In this document: piece after piece, positions 8,726 through 17,541 of the stretch
Layout of the letters: each line of letters opens with the position of its first letter
Position numbering within the stretch: position 1 is the stretch's first letter
Virus record (IMG/VR): IMGVR_UViG_3300006120_000006
Location: 1-38,326 of that record
Length of the DNA stretch: 38,326 nt
Source of the DNA: a virus
Taxonomy: Duplodnaviria; Caudoviricetes
Direction: 5' to 3' (one strand)
The notes under the pieces: generated by a model
Databases searched by the model: none
What the model was told of the DNA's origin: nothing
What the model saw: only the letters and a program-made list of their open reading frames with translations
Translations under genes and position numbers: made by a program

Positions 8726-9769
8726 ATGACAGCAAATCAAGCAATCAAAGATGTAAATAGCGTCGCAACACTCGTAGGAGTTTCAAATGTAGATTACGTT
8801 ACTCCTGTCACTGTTGCCGTAGACCCTGTTACTCATCGTGTTCTCACAAATACAGTCATAAGCGGTATTACTTCAATTAACGGAGACACGACCGCCGCAC
8901 AAATTATTGCTGGTGGAACAGGTATTTCAGTTGCCACAGTCGCTGGAACTACAACTATCACAAATACAGGTGGTGTAGGAACAGTGACTACCGTCTCAGT
9001 TGTTTCTGCGAATGGATTAGCAGGTACGGTTGCAAACGCTACGACAACTCCTGCGATAACATTAACGACAAGTATCACTGGCATCCTCAAAGGAAATGGT
9101 ACAGCTATTTCTGCCGCCACTGCAGATACCGATTACTCTACTCCAACAGGTATGGAGACATTTACCAATAAGACGTATGATACTGCTGGTACAGGAAATG
9201 TGCTTAAAATAAATGGAACACAGGTATCAGCCGTCACTGGTACTGGTTCGGTTGTGCTTGCAACTTCTCCTACTTTGACCACACCTACTCTTGGTGTCGC
9301 AACTGCTACAAGTGTGAACAAGGTTACAATTACTGCACCAGCTACGGGTTCAACTTTAACTATTCCTGATGGCGTTACTCTTACAGGCCCAGCTTCTTCG
9401 GGTACTGCAATGACACTTGGAAATGCCGAAACGGTTACAGGTGCAAAAACATTTCAAAAGATTATCAATACTGTTACAGCTATGGCGGCACAAGCTCTTG
9501 ACGGATCGACTGCAAATATATTTACTCGTACTTTGGCTGCTTCGGAAACATTCACACAATCAAACTTTACGACAGGTCAATGTTTCATGGTCGAGGTAAA
9601 ACAGGGTTCAGGTACAACGTATACAGTTACATGGTTCTCAGGAATTACATGGATTACGTCTGGTGGAACTGCACCTGTTCAGACAACTACATCAAATGGA
9701 TATACCTCTTACGGATTCCGTTGTACAGGTTCTAACACTTTTGAAGGATATTTAGTAGGAACAAACTAA
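8726..9769 (+). CDS. Tail/head fibre-like protein
   Basis: Thr/Gly-rich shaft motifs (GITSING, TFTNKT, TGTGSVVLATSPTL, ETVTGAKTF) plus C-terminal beta domain. Confidence 0.7.
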   Translation: MTANQAIKDVNSVATLVGVSNVDYVTPVTVAVDPVTHRVLTNTVISGITSINGDTTAAQIIAGGTGISVATVAGTTTITNTGGVGTVTTVSVVSANGLAGTVANATTTPAITLTTSITGILKGNGTAISAATADTDYSTPTGMETFTNKTYDTAGTGNVLKINGTQVSAVTGTGSVVLATSPTLTTPTLGVATATSVNKVTITAPATGSTLTIPDGVTLTGPASSGTAMTLGNAETVTGAKTFQKIINTVTAMAAQALDGSTANIFTRTLAASETFTQSNFTTGQCFMVEVKQGSGTTYTVTWFSGITWITSGGTAPVQTTTSNGYTSYGFRCTGSNTFEGYLVGTN

Positions 9770-9770
9770 T

Positions 9771-10466
9771 ATGTCTATCGCATACGACACATCAAATAAA
9801 ATAAGAGCAACAACTGGTTCAACCGTGACTTTAGCGCACACCGTTACTGGCACTAATACAGTTTTAGTTGTTGGAGTAGTATGTAGTGACTTAAGTTATG
9901 CTAACCTATATCCAACAGGTGTCACATATAATTCTGTATCAATGACAAATATAGGTAGTGTAATTGTCCCAAACTCCTTTAATACAATAAGAGTATATCT
10001 ATATGGTCTTGTTGCACCATCTACGGGAGCAAATAATTGCGTTGTTACATTGAATAAATCTACAGGTGGATTACAAACTGATGTATTTTCTGCTTCATAT
10101 ACTGGGTGTAGTCAAACGGGTCTACCTGATGCAAGAAATTCGTTTACAGCTACAGCAACAAGCATAACTGCAAATTTAACTACAGTAGCAAATAATTGTT
10201 GGTTGATTGGCGTTACTGGTACGAATGGAGGAGTAAACACATTTAGTGCTGGAACTAATGCCACGATGAGGCAGTCACTAGGCGTTGGATCATACGGTGG
10301 CGCTTCTGCCTTTTTCGATACAAACGGGCCACAAACTCCCGCTGGCTCAAATTCATTTACAGCTAATATAAGTGGAAGTGTCGATTTAGCCATGTATGCA
10401 ATATCTGTTGCCCCTTTCGTTATTCCGCCAGTTGCTAACGCAGGATTCTTTACTAATTTTATATAA
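9771..10466 (+). CDS. Fibre-tip/receptor-binding-like beta-sandwich protein
   Basis: MSIAYD start, VTYNSVSMT, C-terminal AGFFTNFI; follows the fibre gene. Confidence 0.6.
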   Translation: MSIAYDTSNKIRATTGSTVTLAHTVTGTNTVLVVGVVCSDLSYANLYPTGVTYNSVSMTNIGSVIVPNSFNTIRVYLYGLVAPSTGANNCVVTLNKSTGGLQTDVFSASYTGCSQTGLPDARNSFTATATSITANLTTVANNCWLIGVTGTNGGVNTFSAGTNATMRQSLGVGSYGGASAFFDTNGPQTPAGSNSFTANISGSVDLAMYAISVAPFVIPPVANAGFFTNFI

Positions 10467-10471
10467 AAAAT

Positions 10472-11632
10472 ATGTACACATACACAGGCTCTCTACAACT
10501 CGCAAAGCAACTAACAAATAATACAAATACAACATCGTATGACGCATTTTTTGCAACACAACTTCAACAGTATGACAATGAAACTGTGCATCGTATACCC
10601 TCAATTTATACTGAAAAGACAAACAGTACATCAATGGTAACGTATCCAGGACAACAGTTTTATGAAATGCCACAGAATGTTAGACGTATAATTACGCTTT
10701 CAATTCTAGTAAATAATAACAGTGGTACTATTCCAGCAGTCGCAGGTTTCAACTGGCAACCAGAGGAATGTCCTAGCATGGAGCGTTGGATCACTTTGAA
10801 CATGAACCAGAATATTCAGTCCGATATTCCTCAATATTACTTCTTCTACGATGGACAAGTTGGACTCTATCCAAAACCTGCGGTCGGATACAATCAGGCA
10901 ACAATTCGCTATCAAGAAGAGTCAAAAAACTTCTCACAACCAGATTATACGACTGGTACGATAACAGCAGTACCATTTACCACTACATTGACCACTACGC
11001 TCGCTGTGGGGGCATTATCCGCTACTTTATCGTCTAGTTGGACATTACCTACTGATACATACGAAATGGTGTTCAGTACAGGCGAAAAGAGGCTTGTGAC
11101 ACTAACAAACGGTGCAACTACCGTTACATGGACATTTGGACTTGTTTCAGTAGAGACTACCGCCGTTACTATTAACACTTCAAATGGTGGTTCAATTATC
11201 ACAGGAAGTGGAACTACATGGACAACAGCTATGCAAGGTTGGTATTTACAGATTGCACCAATTACAGGTGACGGAATATTTTACAAAGTACAAACTGTTT
11301 ACAACACGACTACACTTGCACTGAAAAAACAATATCAAGGTATTGCAATTTCATCAGGTTCAGCTACTTATCTGATTGGTGAAACTTCTCAAATACCAGA
11401 GGCATATCAAGTCATTCCTATCTATCATGCCGTTGAACAGTATTATCGTACTATATCAGTCGATGAAGTTCGTGCAGAGGGTTACAAGAAAAAAGCGGAT
11501 GAGAGTTTTGCACAAATGATGGTTGATTTTGGTAATAAGTCTACTGATCCGACTGTACATGATGATTTTGGTAAGTCACTTGTGAACCCAAATGTGGCAG
11601 TTAATATTACAGGTTCTAGTACTTGGCAATAG
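10472..11632 (+). CDS. Head-tail adaptor (podovirus type) with inserted beta domains
   Basis: T..GQQFYEMP, IPQYYFFYDGQVGLYPKP, IPEAY..I motifs; internal ITGSGTTWT domain. Confidence 0.7.
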   Translation: MYTYTGSLQLAKQLTNNTNTTSYDAFFATQLQQYDNETVHRIPSIYTEKTNSTSMVTYPGQQFYEMPQNVRRIITLSILVNNNSGTIPAVAGFNWQPEECPSMERWITLNMNQNIQSDIPQYYFFYDGQVGLYPKPAVGYNQATIRYQEESKNFSQPDYTTGTITAVPFTTTLTTTLAVGALSATLSSSWTLPTDTYEMVFSTGEKRLVTLTNGATTVTWTFGLVSVETTAVTINTSNGGSIITGSGTTWTTAMQGWYLQIAPITGDGIFYKVQTVYNTTTLALKKQYQGIAISSGSATYLIGETSQIPEAYQVIPIYHAVEQYYRTISVDEVRAEGYKKKADESFAQMMVDFGNKSTDPTVHDDFGKSLVNPNVAVNITGSSTWQ

Positions 11633-11675
11633 GTTATAATATATATATGGCACTAAAAGGAATAAAACTAAAATT

Positions 11676-12218
11676 ATGAATGATCAAATCAAACAGCTAA
11701 ATAAAATCATACAAAACCTTTCAGACAGGGTGGCTCAATTGGAGCGTGAAAAAATAAATTACACCATGCCTGATTATATTCGTAAAAATGTACAAAGAGC
11801 TGTTGTGGCAGGTACGCAGTATCTTGGTAATTTGTCAGGTGCTACCAATCCTGTAAATGAGTCAGTCCCTAGTTATCTGCAATTGAGTTACGAAGGTGCG
11901 TTATGGAATGTTTCATGTAACGCTTTTGTTGCGTCAGGAAAAGGTGCACCTACGTTCAATGCTCCACAAGGTGCGATGTATTTAAGGACTGATTGGGTAA
12001 TACAAAATACACCGTGGATTTATGTTAACCAAAATGGTGGTACTTCATGGTATGGCTATATCCTCAATGCAAATATTATTGCTGGTGGTGGCATACCAGG
12101 AATTTCTGCACCAAAAGGCACTATATTTACCAATACAAATGCGACAACAGCTACGACAAGATTATATGTTAATACAGACGGAGGAAATACTTGGGCCAAC
12201 TTCACTGCTTCGGCATAA
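11676..12218 (+). CDS. Structural protein with N-terminal coiled coil and two GxPxxxAPxG..lYvN.G..W repeats
   Basis: SGKGAPTFNAPQGAMY...YVNQNGGTSW and GGGIPGISAPKGTIF...YVNTDGGNTW. Confidence 0.7.
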   Translation: MNDQIKQLNKIIQNLSDRVAQLEREKINYTMPDYIRKNVQRAVVAGTQYLGNLSGATNPVNESVPSYLQLSYEGALWNVSCNAFVASGKGAPTFNAPQGAMYLRTDWVIQNTPWIYVNQNGGTSWYGYILNANIIAGGGIPGISAPKGTIFTNTNATTATTRLYVNTDGGNTWANFTASA

Positions 12219-12223
12219 ATATC

Positions 12224-14026
12224 ATGACTATAATAATACCTTCATCATATAAGAATTTCGGGGTTGGGGAAGAAAATGTTGATATTCTTCAATTAAATAC
12301 ATCTACAGTGTTAGGTGATTTTGTCGGTACTTTTAATTGCGATTTATATTCTAACAAAGGAAAGATACGAGTATCACCACGAGGCATGTTGAACACTGCG
12401 ACAACTGATATTCCACCTGCAATAAAGGTGTTTCAAGTTGGAGGTACTGCATGTTGGGCTGCGATTGCTGGTTCATACTTATACCTTAGTTCTACTCTTA
12501 ATCCATCGTCAACATTTACGAAAGATGCTACAAGCGGAACACCGGCTACTGGTGCTCTTGGAACCTCGGACTTGGAGGTGTTCAATAAAAATCTGTATTT
12601 TACTGGCGGTAGTTCAAATGTGTATTTCTTTACTGGTAGTTCATGGGGAAGTTTTACTCCATCATTTACAAATGGATCACCTCACATGCTTTGTGTATAC
12701 AACAACAGGATGTATTGTACTGATAACTATGTGAACATAATTTCATGGGATTTATCTAATACAGTGGCAACAATAGGTACACAGAATACTATAACAGTCA
12801 ATACTGCAAATAATAGTATCGGGTCTAGTATCACATTTATGCGAGTCGCTCAAAATAGAATATTTATAGGCACTACTAATTCAAACGGTGGTAAGGGTTA
12901 TGTTTATGTCTGGGATGGTACTAGTCCATCGATTTTTGATAAGCAAATTGAATTGAAGTCTATCGGTGCTCTGTCGTGTGTTGTTATGGATGATATTCCT
13001 TACATTATGGATGCACGAGGATTTTTGATGCATTACAACGGTACTACTTTTGAAGAAATTGCACGCTTGCCACTCTATAACAGAAATATGTTGTACTCTT
13101 CTGACACACTAACAAATCTAAGATGGATTCATCCAAATGGAATGACAGTATCATGGGGTCGTATAAACATTTCAATAAATAACCAACTACGATACGGTGT
13201 GCCTATCGAACCTTATTGCCCATCAGGAATATGGGAGTATGACCCAGCCGTTGGCCTATATCATAAAACTTCATCGTCAAATACATCAGTGGGTACAACC
13301 ACGATAACGGATTATGGTCAAGTGTATGTGTCACCAACCACAGTAGGATCAGCAGGGGCTTTGGTTGACGCAAATGTTTATTCTGATACCAATTCACCTG
13401 CATGGTCAGGTACTTTGTTGTGGGGTGGTTCTGCAATATCAACCAAAGGAATATATACAAACGACTCATTGAATACGACACAAAAATGGGGTTATATAAT
13501 AACTCCAGAAATGTACTCACAAACCATAGAAAGTATGTGGGGACTGGTATATGCACGATACGGAAAATTGCTGGATAGTTCTGATGAGATTGTATTGAAA
13601 TACCGATCGATCATAGATATACCGACAGAGAAATCAATCACATGGATAAATACATCTTCTTTTACAGCATCTACTTCTGTAATAACCGCAGGTTATGCAG
13701 TTGGTGATGAGGTCGAAATTGTACAAGGATATGGGGGCGGAAAGTCGGCACATATAACAGCGATAACAAATAGTGGTCTTACAATTACGTTAGACGACAC
13801 ATTCACAGGGGTGGGGACAGGTACAGCGACAGCTCGTTTTACACATTGGATTAAACTTGGTACAATAACACCAACTACAACTCTCAAACCACAGTTTTCC
13901 AAGTTTTCTTTTCCTATAAATAATAATGACACTAAGATACAGATGAAAGTCTGTATGCAATTCCTCGGAAACGATGAATTAGAACAGGTACAAATAGTCG
14001 AAAAACCTGAAGTAGTAGCTTCTTAA
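12224..14026 (+). CDS. Tail nozzle/tubular protein (beta-propeller)
   Basis: Blade-like motifs (LEVFNKNLYF, CVYNNRMYC, VYVWDG); ATG 12224 preferred over TTG 12191; ~600 aa. Confidence 0.7.
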   Translation: MTIIIPSSYKNFGVGEENVDILQLNTSTVLGDFVGTFNCDLYSNKGKIRVSPRGMLNTATTDIPPAIKVFQVGGTACWAAIAGSYLYLSSTLNPSSTFTKDATSGTPATGALGTSDLEVFNKNLYFTGGSSNVYFFTGSSWGSFTPSFTNGSPHMLCVYNNRMYCTDNYVNIISWDLSNTVATIGTQNTITVNTANNSIGSSITFMRVAQNRIFIGTTNSNGGKGYVYVWDGTSPSIFDKQIELKSIGALSCVVMDDIPYIMDARGFLMHYNGTTFEEIARLPLYNRNMLYSSDTLTNLRWIHPNGMTVSWGRINISINNQLRYGVPIEPYCPSGIWEYDPAVGLYHKTSSSNTSVGTTTITDYGQVYVSPTTVGSAGALVDANVYSDTNSPAWSGTLLWGGSAISTKGIYTNDSLNTTQKWGYIITPEMYSQTIESMWGLVYARYGKLLDSSDEIVLKYRSIIDIPTEKSITWINTSSFTASTSVITAGYAVGDEVEIVQGYGGGKSAHITAITNSGLTITLDDTFTGVGTGTATARFTHWIKLGTITPTTTLKPQFSKFSFPINNNDTKIQMKVCMQFLGNDELEQVQIVEKPEVVAS

Positions 14027-14040
14027 TAATAAATAATAAC

Positions 14041-15588
14041 ATGGCAATACCAAACATAAATGCAGGACTAAACCAAATAAATCAACCTTTTAATCTTTCC
14101 AGTATGCTTTCTTTTGGACAAGGAAATACCAGTAGTCCAGTAAATACACCTACTCCAGTCGGACAAACTGATCCGTCTAAAGTGGCTGGCTCAACTTCTG
14201 TCAAAAATCCTGCAAATACTTCTGCACAATCAAACGTCATTTCTTCTGGTGCAAAAAGTAATGATTTAGTTAGCCAACTTTACGGACAGGTAAAACCTAC
14301 TGATTATAATACGAATATTTCTACTAATGGTTTATATGCTCCAAAAGTAGCTAATTCTCCTCAACCAACAGGGAGTGGAACACCTAATACTGGTGCAGGT
14401 TCTTTAGGCTATGGAATTGGTACAACTACTCCAACAACACCTGTTGTAACTCCACCTGTAACTACTCCTACGAATCCTGCAAATACTGGTAACGCCATGT
14501 TAAATGACCCTGAACTTTCAGCAATAAACGCAAACATAGAAAATGTGGCTGGTCAAGAAGCTAATATACAAGGCAACCAAAATAAGTTTATTATAGACGA
14601 ATACGGAAATGCTATAGCTAGTCCTACAACTGGAGACTTCTTCAATAATCAAACTGGCGCAGGAAGTTTCAATGCTATGAAGACTGCACAGGAAGAAGGA
14701 AATCTCGGTCTTGAAATGTCAGCTTTGCAATCAGGTTTTGGCAATAGAGAGAGTCAATTAGAGAAAGGATATACTCAGACTCCTGTATCTCCTGGTGGAG
14801 TTAATGTCAATCCATACACAGGACAGCCAGTAGCTTCTGCTCCTGAAGTAGTTGGATTCGGTCAAGGTGTTTATACCCCTCCTGTAGTTACTCCTGAAAA
14901 TCCTACCGGTGGTGCTGGTGCGGCTTCGACAGGTTCAGGTATATCTCCTAGTGATCCGTTCTATGCAACTCTACAATCATATGCACAAATGGCAGCTAAT
15001 GGACAAATATCGCAAGTCCCTTCTTCAATAACTGGAAATGCTGTACTAAACGCTCAAATGAATGAAATGGCTAAGTCTATAAATCCAAATTATAACCCAG
15101 TCGTTTCTGCTGCTCAAAGTGCCTCAACTGCTTCTAATGTAGAGACACAAGGAACAGCTAAGACTAATGCCGCTAATACTGGTTATACTGCCGCTAATCA
15201 AGAATATAACGACAATGTAGCTAAATATACAGCTCTCACAGGTATTTCAGGTCAGGTAGAAAGTACCTTATCTAATTACGCAAATACTGGCGCATTAACT
15301 GACGCAAACGCAGCTATAAATACACTTCAAGGACATTTATCAAATCCTGACTATCAGAAATTCATTACGGCAATAGGAAACGCACAGGCTTCGTATCAAG
15401 ATATATTAGGTTCTGCTGGTGTAACACCAAGTAAAGCAGATCAAGACGCTCTAGCAGCTCTAAATCCTAATTCTTCAGCAAGTACAATAATTGCCGCCTT
15501 GAATCAGTTGTCGGCAGATGCACACGCTTTAATAGTCGCTCCAACATATCAAAAGGTTCAAACTTATAAACAACAGTTAGGAATTTAA
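14041..15588 (+). CDS. Putative DNA ejection/internal virion protein
   Basis: N/Q/T/P-rich, follows the nozzle. Confidence 0.6.
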   Translation: MAIPNINAGLNQINQPFNLSSMLSFGQGNTSSPVNTPTPVGQTDPSKVAGSTSVKNPANTSAQSNVISSGAKSNDLVSQLYGQVKPTDYNTNISTNGLYAPKVANSPQPTGSGTPNTGAGSLGYGIGTTTPTTPVVTPPVTTPTNPANTGNAMLNDPELSAINANIENVAGQEANIQGNQNKFIIDEYGNAIASPTTGDFFNNQTGAGSFNAMKTAQEEGNLGLEMSALQSGFGNRESQLEKGYTQTPVSPGGVNVNPYTGQPVASAPEVVGFGQGVYTPPVVTPENPTGGAGAASTGSGISPSDPFYATLQSYAQMAANGQISQVPSSITGNAVLNAQMNEMAKSINPNYNPVVSAAQSASTASNVETQGTAKTNAANTGYTAANQEYNDNVAKYTALTGISGQVESTLSNYANTGALTDANAAINTLQGHLSNPDYQKFITAIGNAQASYQDILGSAGVTPSKADQDALAALNPNSSASTIIAALNQLSADAHALIVAPTYQKVQTYKQQLGI

Positions 15589-15601
15589 TAATATAAATAA
15601 T

Positions 15602-17293
15602 ATGCCTCCAGTTGCACAATTCAGTCTACCGAATACGAAACAACAAGGGCAATCGTCTCCAGTAGATACAACTTCTAAAAATGATACAGGTATGCCACCT
15701 GTTGCGACTTTCAGTTTAGCAAATTCTAAACAGGGACAAGGTGGTGGTAGTTCCGAGAACTATGATAACGGAATGGGAATAATTAAAGGTGTAGGTAACT
15801 TCCTATTTCCTATCGTTGGAGACATAGCAGATGATATTTCAGGTAAAAGTAAAAAAACAGTATTGCAACAGGTTGGTGATACAGCTCTTTCTGCCCTACC
15901 ATTCATTCCAGGACTAGGAGAAGCAGGAGAGGCACTAAGAGGTGGTAAAGCTCTTGTAGAAGGCGCAGGCGCACTTTCTAAGGTCTCTGAAGGCACAGAT
16001 TTAGCTTCTAAGCTATATCAAGGAATAAAGACTGCTAACCCTATCGTAAAAGGTGCTGGAGTTGGTTATGGTGCTGGAGTAGCTTCTAACCTTTCACAAG
16101 GTAAAGATTTAGGTGAATCACTTACACCAAATACCAATACCATATTGGGTTCATTCTTAGGCGGAGCTGCGCCTGCTGTTACAGGTCTTATAAGTAAGGG
16201 TGTAAAAAGTCTGACTGACATAAGTCCCCAGATAGAAAATGAACTGACTAAGTTAGGAACTAAAGGTGATCCAAAAGATGTCGCATTATATGACCAATAT
16301 ATAAACGCAGCTAAAACTCATGCAGGGGATTTGCGTGCGCCTTCTCCATTAACTACTGCAGCAGATCATGTAGACAAGGCAGCACAAGTAGTTCAAAAGA
16401 AAACTGACTTAGCTGGTCAAGCTGTAGGTGCAGCTAAAGAAGCTTCTGCAAATGTGCCACTAAAACCATTAACTACAGTCGGTAATTCTCTATGGAAAGA
16501 TGCACAGGACAAGTATGGAATCAATTTATATACTGGTAAAAATGGAAAAATAATTGCTAAAAAAGTTGCTGGAAGTATGATAGACACTTCTCCTGCTGAC
16601 GTTTCTCGTATAACTAAAATAGCTCAACAGTTAAGTGATTTACACACATCAGGTGGTACTACAAAAAATGCTACTGAAGTTATGAGTAATCTAAATAATT
16701 TGGTAGACCATTCAAAATCTGATATCTATGGACATACAAATGATCCACTTGAAGGCTTGATAAAACATACTGCTGGAAACTTGAATGATATTATTCGTGA
16801 TAGTTCTCCTGAACTTGCAAAAGCTAACGATAAGTTTAGTGCCTTAAAGGATTTGCAAAATGAAATAAGCAATATGGCAGGTAAAAATCTTCAAAAGGGA
16901 GAATTGTTAATGCGTAGAGTATTTTCTGGTGATAAGAGTGGAGATGTTCAGGATTTCTTTAATAAGCTAAAAAGTGCTACTGGTATAGATTTAGTTAAAC
17001 ATGCTGTTATCGCTAAACATGCTATTCAAAGTGTGGGAAGTGATGCTGATAAAACATTACTTGAAAAAATGCTTGAAGAAGCACAAGGACATGGGGGTGG
17101 AAGTGCTACTATGCAGGCTCTTGGTGCAGGAAAAAATATAGCCAAAAAGTATATAGCTAATCCTGTAAAAGCAGGAAGAAATATGATTCAAGGGAAACAA
17201 GGTGTTATAAACGCTCTTGGAAAATCCGCTTATGGAATACCTGCAAAAGTCGGTGCAGAGGCTTCGAGATTAACTTCATTCTTAAATTTATGA
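15602..17293 (+). CDS. Putative DNA ejection protein
   Basis: Gly/Ala-rich hydrophobic segments, helical; duplicated N-terminal MPPVAxFSL. Confidence 0.6.
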   Translation: MPPVAQFSLPNTKQQGQSSPVDTTSKNDTGMPPVATFSLANSKQGQGGGSSENYDNGMGIIKGVGNFLFPIVGDIADDISGKSKKTVLQQVGDTALSALPFIPGLGEAGEALRGGKALVEGAGALSKVSEGTDLASKLYQGIKTANPIVKGAGVGYGAGVASNLSQGKDLGESLTPNTNTILGSFLGGAAPAVTGLISKGVKSLTDISPQIENELTKLGTKGDPKDVALYDQYINAAKTHAGDLRAPSPLTTAADHVDKAAQVVQKKTDLAGQAVGAAKEASANVPLKPLTTVGNSLWKDAQDKYGINLYTGKNGKIIAKKVAGSMIDTSPADVSRITKIAQQLSDLHTSGGTTKNATEVMSNLNNLVDHSKSDIYGHTNDPLEGLIKHTAGNLNDIIRDSSPELAKANDKFSALKDLQNEISNMAGKNLQKGELLMRRVFSGDKSGDVQDFFNKLKSATGIDLVKHAVIAKHAIQSVGSDADKTLLEKMLEEAQGHGGGSATMQALGAGKNIAKKYIANPVKAGRNMIQGKQGVINALGKSAYGIPAKVGAEASRLTSFLNL

Positions 17294-17538
17294 TAGAACC
17301 TGGTGTATCACAAGGTGGAGTACCCACCAAAATAGAAAATGCAAACGGCACGATAATAAATCCTGCTACTGGTTTTGCTATACCACCATACGATACTATC
17401 GTTCCTGATTATTCGGGTTCTACTGCTGATGTATATGTATATAAAATAGGAGGAATAAGCGGAACAACAGTTGGAACAATAACGATCTCATATACTGACT
17501 CGACTAAATCAGTAATGACATCGATTGTAAAAACATAA
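17290..17538 (+). CDS. Small tail-associated protein
   Basis: YVYKIGG.SGT.V.TITISY motif; ATGA-coupled. Confidence 0.65.
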   Translation: MIEPGVSQGGVPTKIENANGTIINPATGFAIPPYDTIVPDYSGSTADVYVYKIGGISGTTVGTITISYTDSTKSVMTSIVKT

Positions 17539-17541
17539 ACT

